32,505 nucleotides of DNA, from NCBI RefSeq assembly GCF_006345805.1, contig NW_021836267.1, positions 1 through 32,505 of the forward strand. Direction: 5' to 3'. Below, in pieces: positions 1-10,235 of the stretch. A program made the position numbers and the translations under genes. This DNA is from Octopus sinensis (Eukaryota). Every line of letters begins with the position of its first letter. Within the stretch, counting starts at the first letter, position 1. Below the pieces are notes generated by a model, which saw only the letters and a program-made list of their open reading frames with translations, had not been told where the DNA came from and did not search any database.

Positions 1-105
1 TTTCATCCTTGCGGGGTGGGCATTGATAAAATTAAGTACCAGTTGAGTACTGAGGCTGATGTGAGTGAGTTACGCCCTACCCCTTGTTCCAAAACTTAAA
101 ACCAG
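1..105 (+). mobile_element. SINE family A, 3' fragment cut by the window edge
   Basis: tttcatcctt..gggt..gataaaattaagtaccagttgagtactg matches the body of the other family A copies in the window. Confidence 0.75.
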
Positions 106-194
106 TATTACTGGCCCTACTAACTCCCGCACCCACAAAATATATGAGTTAGCATATCGAATAAGAAAAGAATGCACATACAGTGCTCAGAAAA

Positions 195-265
195 AGGCGG
201 CGATCTGGCAGAGACATTAGCTAGCCGGGTGAAATGCTCAGCGGTATTCCGCTTGTGTTTACATT
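195..265 (+). mobile_element. SINE family A, tRNA-like 5' head only
   Basis: aggcggcgatctggcagagacattagc..ccgggtgaaatgctcagcggtatt is a diverged form of the head at 18423; it stops where the SINE B copy starts. Confidence 0.75.
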
Positions 266-268
266 TAT

Positions 269-431
269 AGGCGTAGGAGTGGCTGTGTGGTTAGTAGCTT
301 GCTTACAAACCACCCGGTTCCCGGTTCAGTCCCACTGCGTGGTACCTTGGGCAACTGTCTTCCACTATAGCCTCGGGTCGACCACAGACTTGTGAGTGTA
401 TTTGGTAGATGGAAACCGAAACAAGCCCGTC

Positions 432-500
<69 letters not shown>

Positions 501-695
501 TGTTTGTCCCCCCCCCCCAGCATCGATTGACAACCGATGCTGGCGTGTTACGTCCCCGTAACTTAGCAGTTCGGCAAAAAGAGACCGATAAAATAAGTAC
601 TAAGCTTACAAAGAATAAGTCCGGGGATCCATTTGTTCGACTAAAGGCGGTGCTCCAGCATGGCCACAGTCAAATGACTGAAACGAATAGAAGAA
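269..695 (+). mobile_element. SINE family B, full length, with internal (TA)n(TG)n
   Basis: Pol III-like head (gagtggctgtgtggttag..ggttcagtccc), ccttgggcaa segment, microsatellite at about 433-500, 3' half ending ggtgctccagcatggccacagtcaaatgactgaaac; matches copies at 12757, 20421 and 24711. Confidence 0.9.
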
Positions 696-1380
696 AAAAC
701 AAGACGATAATGCGAAGCGTAGGTCAATCGCACATATTTGTTATGACGAAATAATTTAGGGTATGGAGATTTTCCAATTATTTCAGCCATGTAATCAACA
801 CATATATGAACACGCTAATTTCATAACAATTAATTATAAATTAATCGTCTCTATTTACAGAAATGAACTGTTCATGTGCTGTACGCATGTGTGTATGAAT
901 GGGCGTATGTGTTTAAATATACAAATATATATAAATATATACATATATATAAATATATTTGTATATATATTCCCATTTGTAGAAAATAGGAATAAGCAGT
1001 CTATGGCTACTATTTCTAATTTTTTCGGTATGCGGCCAAGCAACCTGTTGCCTGCCCCTTTTATTTATATATTATATATATTATATATATATTATATATA
1101 TATATATATATTGCATATTGCAACCTTTTCTAATATTCTCTAGCATTAGAATCAACGTTGTTCTTAAAATTATCCAAGAATATTATATACCTATCTGCAG
1201 TTGAGAAACACACCAACACTCACCACTCTCCTCTCTCTCTCTCTCACACCCACACACACACACACACACCCCATTCACACGCAAACACCACACCAGGTGC
1301 ACCCACACAGATGCACAACAACATGTGTGCATATGCACGCCTATCTACTGAATGATATATATATTATTTATATATATATA

Positions 1381-1709
1381 TAATAAACTAATTGGGGAAT
1401 AAATCCAAACTTACAGGGAAAAATCAGATTTAGGATTGAATCCAATTTTATAGTAAAATATTATTATATTAAATTAGAGATAAAACCACTATTAGGCAAA
1501 TCAAACAGTGAAAAACATAATCCAATACATAAAATTAATTAATTTATATTATTTTATTTTATTTTATTTTATTTTATTTTATTTTATTTTATTTTATTTT
1601 TATTATTTTAAATATATTTAAAATTATATCAATTAATTAATTTTATGTATTGGCTTAAGTTTTTCATTGTTTGATTCGCCTAATAGTGGTTTTATCTCTA
1701 ATTTAATAT
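1381..1709. repeat. AT-rich repeat with 79-bp inverted arms (1466-1544 / 1631-1709) around a (TATTT)n spacer; possibly a Penelope-like terminal fragment
   Basis: The arms are reverse complements with about 4 mismatches (seen directly). The Penelope-like origin is inferred from the tail-to-tail layout between (TA)n runs. Confidence 0.7.
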
Positions 1710-1894
1710 TATATATAATATATATATATCAATACGGAGCAAATAATTCACGAGAAAAAAAATCATTCACGAAAAGATAATTTGCGAAGATATCATTGAC
1801 TCTGTTATTATCTAGAGTAACAATTTTAAAATGATACAAACAGAATCAATAATATAGGCGATTGCAGGCCTCCAAAAAAGCATTAAATAGCTGC

Positions 1895-2215
1895 AGGATT
1901 AAAATTAATCAAAGGACATATTAAATTAAGTATGTCTACCTGTTGGAAATAACCGTCAAAACTCTTATTTAAATTGCCAAAATACACTGATAATTATTAC
2001 AGATATCAACAGTCCAAAGGCAAACGGGCTAAGACAAACTTCCAACGTACATTCAAGTGTGTGGACCGGTTTCTGCACTGGCAAGGCCCGTTTGCCATCG
2101 GGCGGTGGATTTCTGTAGTCAATATTAGTGTATTTTGGCGATTTAAATAAGAGTTTTGACTGTTATTTTCAGCAGGTAGACATGCTCAGTATGTCCTTTG
2201 ATGAACTTTAATCCT
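1895..2215. mobile_element. MITE or foldback-like element with long imperfect inverted repeats
   Basis: aggattaaaattaatcaaaggacata..gtcaaaactcttatttaaattgccaaaatacact versus agtgtattttggcgatttaaataagagttttgac..tatgtcctttgatgaactttaatcct; inner perfect IR ggcaaacgggc (2019-2029) / gcccgtttgcc (2086-2096). Confidence 0.7.
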
Positions 2216-2306
2216 CAGGTTAATATATATATAATATATATATAATATATATATACATATATATATACACATATATATATACATATATATACATATATAA
2301 GTTGAG

Positions 2307-2355
<49 letters not shown>

Positions 2356-2842
2356 ATAGTATATATATATATATACATATATCTATATATATATATATTA
2401 TAATATATATATATATATGTACATGTATATGTACCTCTGTTTGCGTGTAAGCGTAAAATTAATATATGTATGTGATTGTACGTATGTATTGATATGCAAA
2501 TGTGTGCATATATGTATGCATACAATAGTCTCTACAGAAATATATGCACAGCACTACTGATATACTTCAATGTAATGTGTAACACGAATTTTTCAGCAAG
2601 CGACGTAGTATTGGGTAGGTTATAGATTAGAAACATGACATGTCTGAGCATGAATAATTATGAGCTTAGTAATAATAGATCTGAATGACCTGCATTCATC
2701 ACACTCTTAGAGTTGTAGATAAGATATATCAATGCTTCTTAAATTAATAAACACCTAGCTGATAATAACATAATAATAAAGCTAGCTGATAATGAACAGA
2801 CACATACGAGGTGTAGAAGTTAAAGAAAACGTCCTGAACAGT

Positions 2843-3423
2843 ATTCTTTTTCTACTCTAGGCACAATGACCGAAATTTGGGGGGAGGGGGCCAGTCGATT
2901 ATATCGACCCTAGTAGACAACTGGTACTTAATTTATCGACCTCGAAAGGATGAAAGGCAAAGTCGACCTCGGCGGAATTTGAACTCAGAACGTAAAGATA
3001 GAGGCGGGCTAACGTTTCTTATTTCTTTTATGTCCACAAAGGTCTACGCACAAGGACAGACAAACGGATTAAGTTGATTATATCGACCCCAGTGTGTAAC
3101 TGGTACTTATTTAATCGACCCCGAAAGGACGAAAGGCAAAGTCGACTTCGGCGGAATTGGAACCCAGAACGTTGCAGCAGACGAAATACCTATTTCTTTA
3201 CTGCCCACAAGGGGCTAAGCACAGAGACGACAAACAAGGACAGACAAACGGATTAAGTCAATTATATCGACCCCAGTGCGTAACTGGTACTTAATTTATT
3301 GACCCTGAAAGGATGAAAGCCAAAGTCGACCTCGGCGGAATTTGAACTCAGAACGTAACGGCAGACGAAAATACGGCTACGCATTTCGCCCGGCGTGCTA
3401 ACGGTTCTGCCAGCTCGCCGCCT
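2843..3423 (-). mobile_element. SINE family A trimer (head plus 3 tandem body units)
   Basis: Head ggcgagctggcagaaccgttagcacgccgggcgaaatg at 3423 on the minus strand; three repeats of the gtcgac/atcgacccc/ctggtact body; the last unit carries the alternative tail (ggccccctccccc..gtgcctagagtagaaa). Confidence 0.9.
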
Positions 3424-3519
3424 TTAGGCATGAGCAGTATTATGGTGACACGTCATCGTTGTCGTTCGCGTTCTTGTTTCAATTCCTACCTTTACCTACT
3501 TTGATAAGTACCTGCAGAT

Positions 3520-3832
3520 AAGGACATTCTTGCTGATACAGTTGATATAATAGGGGATAACGCTCCAATTTTATCACCAGTGCAAAAGTGGACAGCTTAA
3601 TTTAGGAAGGAAATGGAGCGTCATGAAAATGACCCAACGTCTGAACGTCCTGCAGCTACCACTACCGAGGAAAAACATTGATTGTGTTCACCTTATGGTG
3701 AGGAAAGACAGGCAATTGACTAAACATCAATTACCCAATGTTATTAGCATATCCCGTTAGAGAGTTGAGAATATTCTGAACAATGAACTTGGCCTGACGA
3801 CGATTTCTGCTCAGTGGGTGCCACGTTTTCTG
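3520..3832 (+). pseudogene. Decayed mariner-type (Tc1/mariner) transposase, N-terminal/HTH fragment
   Basis: Hand translation: KDILAD..GDNAPILSPVQKWTA*FRKEMERHENDPTSERP..[+1 frameshift]NIDCVHLMV..R*RVENILNNELGLTTISAQWVPRFL; contains the mariner WVPxxL motif; two stops and one frameshift. Confidence 0.85.
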
Positions 3833-4225
3833 TATGTATGTATGTATGTATGTATGTATGTATGTATGTATGTATGCATGTATGTATGTATGTATGTGTG
3901 TATGCATGCATGTATGTATGTATGAAACTATGTAGGTATGCATGCATGTATGCATGTTTGTATGTACGTATATATGTATGCATGTATGCATGTATGTATG
4001 CATGCATGTATGTATGTATGTTTGTATGTATGTATGTATGTATGTATGTATTTATATATGCATGTATGTATGTATGCATGTCTGTGTATGTGTGTATGTA
4101 TGTATGTATGTATGTATATATGTGTGTGTGTATGTATGTATGTATGTGTGTATGTATGTATGTATGTGTTGCTATGAATGCATGTATGTATGTATGTATC
4201 TGTGTGTGTTGCTATGTATGTATGT
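3833..4225. repeat. (TATG)n / (TG)n microsatellite
   Basis: Direct reading. Confidence 0.95.
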
Positions 4226-4446
4226 ATTTATATCTTCTTGTGTGTTTGTCCCCCGTAAACACTTCCCAAACGGGGTTGCCTTGTTTATTTCCCTGTGACC
4301 AAGCAGTCCGGCACAAAAGCCGGAGAGAGTAAGTTTTCGATCTCTAAAATGAGCAAGGGGTGGGGGGATTCGCTACCAATAGCCCCCTTCATTGTGGTGC
4401 TCCAACATGGGCACAGGTCAATGTCCGATACCCGATGCGATAAAAG
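4226..4446 (+). mobile_element. Old, diverged SINE B-related 3' half
   Basis: gtgtttgtccccc start, tgtttatttccctgtgaccaagcagtccggcacaaaag, and ggtgctccaacatgggcacaggtc align loosely to the B 3' half. Confidence 0.6.
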
Positions 4447-4500
<54 letters not shown>

Positions 4501-5198
4501 ATGTGTGTTTGTGTGTGTGTGTGTGTGTGTGTATGTGTGTGTGTGTGTGTTTATATGGAAGCACTGCCGAACTAGGAATAACAGTTGCCAGTTGACATAA
4601 TGTTCCGCCTGTAATCTTTTACGCCAACAATACATTGAAACCTAACTCAGATAGGAAAACGGAATAAATAAATAATTGAACAAATAAATAGATAAATAAA
4701 TAAATAAATAAACAAATAGATAAATAAATAAAAGGCTTTTTTTTGAAATTTCTGTTGAAGAATGAATTCAAAATCACGAAGTAGAACATTACATAAAAAG
4801 AAATGTAAATAAGTCTTTTGAATCCTACGAGTACTTTTTTCTTTCATCTTGTGTGATGTGTGATTTGTGTCAGTTAATTTATCTGTGGATGTTTCTTTTA
4901 TTTATGGCAACGAATAAGTCTTTATATGTATGTGTGTAATGTATGTATGTATGTATGTATGTATGTATGTATGTATGTATGTATGTATGTACGTATGTTT
5001 GTATGTATGTGTGTATGTATGTATGTGTGTATGTATGTATCTATGTATGTATATGTGTGTGTATATATATATTTGTACATATAAAAGACTTGATAACAAT
5101 TGAACGGAATATGATCAATCAAAAGCGATAAAGTCAAGGTTACTTTTTTTAAATACAAATTATAAATAGAGATAAAACAGTGAGACAAATGCATATAT

Positions 5199-5257
<59 letters not shown>

Positions 5258-5600
5258 ATATATACATGTACATGTACATATACATATACACATGTAAGAC
5301 TATGTATCTATATATACTCGATTATGCGAGATGGATATATATTTATGTGACATGTAATATATATACATACATATTACATAATATATATATATAGATAGAT
5401 ATCGTATAACCGAATGCATTTATACATATTTGTATATATATGTATATATATGTGTATCTACATAAGCATATATGAATCTCCTCTTCTCACTACATAAACA
5501 TATGTGTGCATGTACATACATGTATATATATATATATATATACATAAATGTGTGTGTGTGTGTATGTGTTGTATATGTATGTATGTATGTATGTATGTAT
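4447..5600. repeat. Microsatellite cluster: (TG)n, (AAAT)n, (TATG)n, (TA)n
   Basis: Direct reading; short unique spacers lie between the blocks. Confidence 0.9.
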
Positions 5601-5863
5601 ACATTCAGGGAATGAGAGAGGAGATTCCTACATACTTACATATTCATACACCGATACATACAGGTATCGAGGTGCCTGTGCGGAGCGTACTCATATGTAT
5701 GAGTTGATTTAATTTGAATTCTCTTTTATTCGCCATGCAATTTTCATGTATCTACTCCCTCTTTTCAACAATATTCAAACTGGTTTTATATTAGAAAACA
5801 ACGGCTTCATTCATTTCTTATGAATGTCGTTTCATTGGGTAATTCATATTGGTATTTTAATTA

Positions 5864-6232
5864 GTGGAGGCTCAATGGCCCAGTGGTTAGGGCAGCGGAC
5901 TCGCGGTTTCGATTCCCAGACCGGGCGTTGTGAGTGTTTATTGAGCGAAAACACCTAAAGCTCCACTAGGCTCCGGCAGGGATGGTGGTGATCCCTGCTG
6001 TACTCTTTCACCACAACTTTCTCTCACTCTTACTTCCTGTTTCTGTTGTACCTTTATTTCAAAGGACCGGCCTTGTCACTCTCTGTGTCACGCTGAATAT
6101 CCCCGAGAACTACGTTAAGGGTACACGTGTCTGTGGAGTGCTCAGCCACTTACACGTTAATTTCACGAGCAGGCTGTTTCGTTGATCGGATCAACCGGAA
6201 CCCTCGTCGTCGTAACCGACGGAGTGCTTCCC
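5864..6232 (+). mobile_element. SINE family C, full length, 10-bp TSD
   Basis: A box (tggcccagtgg) and B box (ggtttcgattcc); TSD attttaatta at 5854-5863 and 6233-6242; near-identical to the copy at 18019 except for a short deletion between tcgcggt direct repeats in the head. Confidence 0.93.
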
Positions 6233-6769
6233 ATTTTAATTAAGAGTTGTCTATAAGTCTTGTTTCATTTGCCAATACGTGGCTTAGAAGAAAATTCCTA
6301 GAAGATAGCAACTTTAAATATAAAAAAAACATGGCACTTGAAATAAAGTGAGATACGAAACATTATCACCTGTTTCTAAATGATTCAAGAAAAGCGGGCA
6401 AAATTAATGTAAAATATATTCCAACATTCGATTCCACCTGAGTATATACATTATTTGGAAGATCGAGAGAATTCCGCTCGATGCCTCGAATTCTACTGTG
6501 TGGAATAGTGTGGGACATTTCAACTTCACACTCTTTCTCTCAATGAATAAGTCCATGAAGGAATGGTATGTTGTTTTTTTTTATTACGCTAGAGGTTTTC
6601 CATAGTCAGTGTTTATACTTGAATATTTTTAGCATTGTTTGCTTCACAACTAATCAAAAAATTAAATAACAACTGTCAGACCAATTGAAATCAGTTAATG
6701 AAAACGTCAGACTTAGAAAAAAACATTTTCCCCAGTAATATATATCCAAGAATAAAAGGGCCTTCATGT

Positions 6770-6997
6770 GCCATTAGCTCACACGCCAAGATTCCTGGGT
6801 TATGTCGGGTATATATTCCCCAGTTTCACAGGATGTTAGTCTTTCGCAGGAATACTTATCTTCGCCAGCTGCGGGGTTAAGGGCAATGTGAAATGAAGTG
6901 CTGTTTTGCTCAAGAATACAACACATTGCCCGGTTCACGAATCGAGGCCGTAATTTAACGATCATGAGTTCAAAGTCCTTACAACTAAGCAACGCAT
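6770..6997 (-). mobile_element. Decayed tRNA-derived SINE of a further family
   Basis: Minus strand reads ttgcttagttgtaagg..ctcgattcgtgaaccgggcaatgtgttgtattcttgagcaaaacagcacttcatttcacattgc, i.e. a degenerate A/B-box head followed by a ttcttgagcaa central segment. Confidence 0.5.
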
Positions 6998-7109
6998 TTT
7001 CGCACGACCCACATGAAAGGGACCTAAATGGTGACAGAACAAAAGTATAGTATGACGAACTCAGAAGGAAAGAATTCAATTTCTAATCAAAACAGAATTA
7101 TATGTATAT

Positions 7110-7313
7110 GTGTGTGTTTGTGCCTGTGTTTGTCCTCACGCCATCGCTTGACAACCGATGTTGGTGTGTTTACGTCCCCCGTAACTTAGCGGTTTGGCAA
7201 AAAGAGACCGATAGAATAAGTACTAGGCTTACAAAGAATGAGTCCTGGGGTCGATTTGTTCGACTAAAGGTGGTGCTCCAGCATGGCCACAGTCAAATAA
7301 CTGAAACAAGTAA
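7110..7313 (+). mobile_element. SINE family B, 3' half (5'-truncated within the microsatellite)
   Basis: atcgcttgacaaccgatg..gagaccgatagaataagtactaggcttac..ggtgctccagcatggccacagtcaaataactgaaacaagtaa. Confidence 0.9.
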
Positions 7314-7333
7314 TATAATATATATATATATAT

Positions 7334-7524
7334 ATTTATTTTATAGAAGGAGCTTCTACAGGACTAGAACTGTTCATTCAAAAGAAATCATCATGCTTCC
7401 TGATGATTTCTTTTGAATGAAACAGTTCTAGTCCTGTAGAAGCTCCTCTATAAAATAAATTAATTTACTCTGCTATGTATTGAGTACCTTATTTACTGTG
7501 GTTAACCCTGACTCAACCCGAGAC

Positions 7525-7525
<1 letters not shown>
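7334..7525 (+). mobile_element. Penelope-like terminal fragment with a 60-bp inverted duplication
   Basis: Arms 7334-7393 and 7401-7460 are reverse complements apart from two 1-nt indels; contains a hammerhead core; flanked by (TA)n. The Penelope-like assignment is inferred. Confidence 0.65.
7395..7443 (+). ncRNA. Type I hammerhead ribozyme motif (minimal)
   Basis: Stem I GCTTC (7395-99) / GAAGC (7439-43); CTGATGA (7400-06); stem II TTC-TTTT-GAA with a U.U closing mismatch; GAAA (7419-22); stem III ACAG/CTGT with loop TTCTAGTC; cleavage triplet GUA, predicted cut after 7438. Confidence 0.75.
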
Positions 7526-7526
<1 letters not shown>

Positions 7527-7595
<69 letters not shown>

Positions 7596-7600
7596 TATAT
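7527..7600. repeat. (TA)n microsatellite
   Basis: Direct reading. Confidence 0.95.
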
Positions 7601-7981
7601 ATAAATACATGTATGTATGGTGTGTATATACATAGATGTTTGTGCATGCATTTTCTGTATCTCTATGCATGTAGGAAGATAGGATTGCTTAACAGTGAAA
7701 GAAGAAGAAAAATAAAATCATTATAATTGATACATAAACTGGTAAATAAACAAATAGAAACATATAAAGAAATAAAAAAAAAATAGGTATATAACAATAA
7801 ACACTACATCGCTTCGTCTCCCTCTCTATTTTCCTCCCACCATCACCATCGTCATCCTGCACCTCCTCCTCATCATCACCATCATCACCGTATTTAGAGA
7901 TATATGTGTTAAGCAGCATGCGATACGGAGTCGAAACGAACAGAACTGAACCGCTCTAAGCTAGTAAAAATAAGGCACAGT

Positions 7982-8255
7982 TTCATTATTATTATTATTA
8001 TTATCATCATCATCATCATCATCATCATCATTGTCATCGTCGTCGTCGTCGTCGTTATTTTTATTATTATTATTATTATATTATTATTATTTTTTTATTA
8101 TTATTATTATTATTATATTATTATTATTATTATTATTATTATTCTATCATTATTATTATCATTATTTTATCATTATTATTATTTTAATTTTTTTTATTAT
8201 TATTGTATTATTATTATTATTATATTATTATTATATTATTATTATTATTATTATA

Positions 8256-8296
<41 letters not shown>

Positions 8297-8305
8297 TATC
8301 ATCAT
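7982..8305. repeat. (ATT)n/(ATC)n/(GTC)n trinucleotide microsatellite
   Basis: Direct reading. Confidence 0.95.
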
Positions 8306-9128
8306 GTCTAGTTCCCGAATGCGCGGCTTCCATTTCTTTGTGTATAGAATCGTGTTTGCATGCATTTGTTGGAATTGATGCAAATGAACGGTGCTTTAAG
8401 TGTACAAAGTAACGAGATCGTGTATATGAGTAAGCGTATGGTTTACGTGTATGCGTGAGCGGTTTTGTCGGAGTGCATGTGTGTGGGTGTGCGTGCGTAT
8501 GTGAGTATTTGTGTCTGTGTGTTTCTGTGAGAAGATTTCATGAATAGAGAAAGAGTTTGTTAAAATCGGAGAAGAACCAAAAAAAAAAAATATATATATT
8601 ATTTTCTTTTTCAAATTTACATGTCAGTCTGGTATAGCTTTCTACATTCAAAGTTGCGCAGTGTGATCGCAAAAAACGTACTGAAAAGACAACTCCATTG
8701 TCTTTTGTATACTCTAAAAGTGTTTTGATATGTTTGGTGGTTTTTATATGCTTCTATTCTTCCGCCTGCTCTGTTTTAGATTCTTCCTTTTATATCTTAA
8801 CTAGAACTCTTTGTTATCCAACCCTATACATTTCACAAAACCGTCTCTGCAATTAGTTCGGCAGTTAGTGGGTTAGGACTTGTTAATTTTTAATACCTTT
8901 TTTTTATATATATTTATTTCGTTTTTGTATTTTTCTTCATGTTTGTTATTCGTCTCTGTTCTTTGTTTTCTTCATGTTAGTATGTTGTCTGTTTGTGAGT
9001 CGTTTAAAAATAATACCAGCCCCGCCGTATCGCAATATACCAACAACATATAACCCCTACGTGCTGATCCCGAAGAAATATTGGGTTTCTGTGCTGTTCT
9101 GTTGCCTAAATCTGTTTTAACCTTTTTG

Positions 9129-9560
9129 GGGATCTTTTCGGTTTGAACGGCAGTTTTTTCTAGCGGTGTCATGTGAAATTGTCACCGATAATTATGACTC
9201 TAGTATCGATCTATTGCATTTCAATCTGTTTTAGGATTAGGGTTAGGGTTAGAGTTAGGGGATGGGAGGGGTATGTTTTTTCTTCACAAATGTAAATAAG
9301 CCAAATCTGTTTCTTAAACGAGGGACATATTCATACGACACAGAATGTTTTTTTTTTACCTCAATAGACGTCATTGATTGGTTGAAATTTCAGAAATTGA
9401 AGGAAAAAAACAACAAATATCTTACAAACTATAGATTTTTCTCAATAAAGCCAGGAGAAAAAGATGTTTTATAAACACATTCTACCAGTATACGAAGTTT
9501 AAAATTTTTTAGTTACCTAGAAATTATGTTAAAAACTGCCGTTCAAACCGAAAAGATCCC
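9129..9560. mobile_element. Non-autonomous DNA transposon (MITE) with perfect 30-bp TIRs
   Basis: gggatcttttcggtttgaacggcagttttt (9129-9158) / aaaaactgccgttcaaaccgaaaagatccc (9531-9560); flanks ctttttg / atttttg (possible 7-bp TSD, 1 mismatch); internal TTAGGG-like array at 9231-9260. Confidence 0.9.
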
Positions 9561-10235
9561 ATTTTTGTTGTTTCTAGGGAGAGTCATATAAAAAATCCTG
9601 CAAACCAGACTCTAAAAGAAAGTAGAATATGCTTTAACATTCTACCAGTTATAATTTTAAAGTATTAAATGCAGCAACGTAGAGTCAGTACAACTTACAA
9701 CAAGCGAAAATTATTCAATCTTCTTCAGTGATTAAAATTATGTTGCGGTGTATTTTCCAATTCATAAATATAATTCTAAAAATATATTTTGTGCCGTTTA
9801 AACGTTTAAAATTATCTTATGTTGAGCATTATCTCAAACTGCTTGATCGCTCCCAAAATATACGATGTGACACCTAACCAGCACTCTTACAAATGCTGGA
9901 TCAATATCACTGTATACAATGAAAAAGAAAAAAAAACGGAAATGACAATAACCTTTTCTAAGAGACTTTTGTGTGTAGATCACGAATATAAAATCTGTTT
10001 CTTTTTGTGACACTCCAGTTTCTCGTAAATTACCATCATATTTAGGTTAAATGCACTGATGGTTCCGTAGTGCAAACAGGATTGAGCAACTCTAAATGCA
10101 ACTGGCAACTCTAAAAGTTATGAACGGATTTTGATATAATTTTGACGGACTGTTTCTAAGGTATTTGTCAACCTATCCTACGAAAATTATAAAAATACAC
10201 TCAATATTTTTATAGTTATATGGGTCCAAGTCCGT

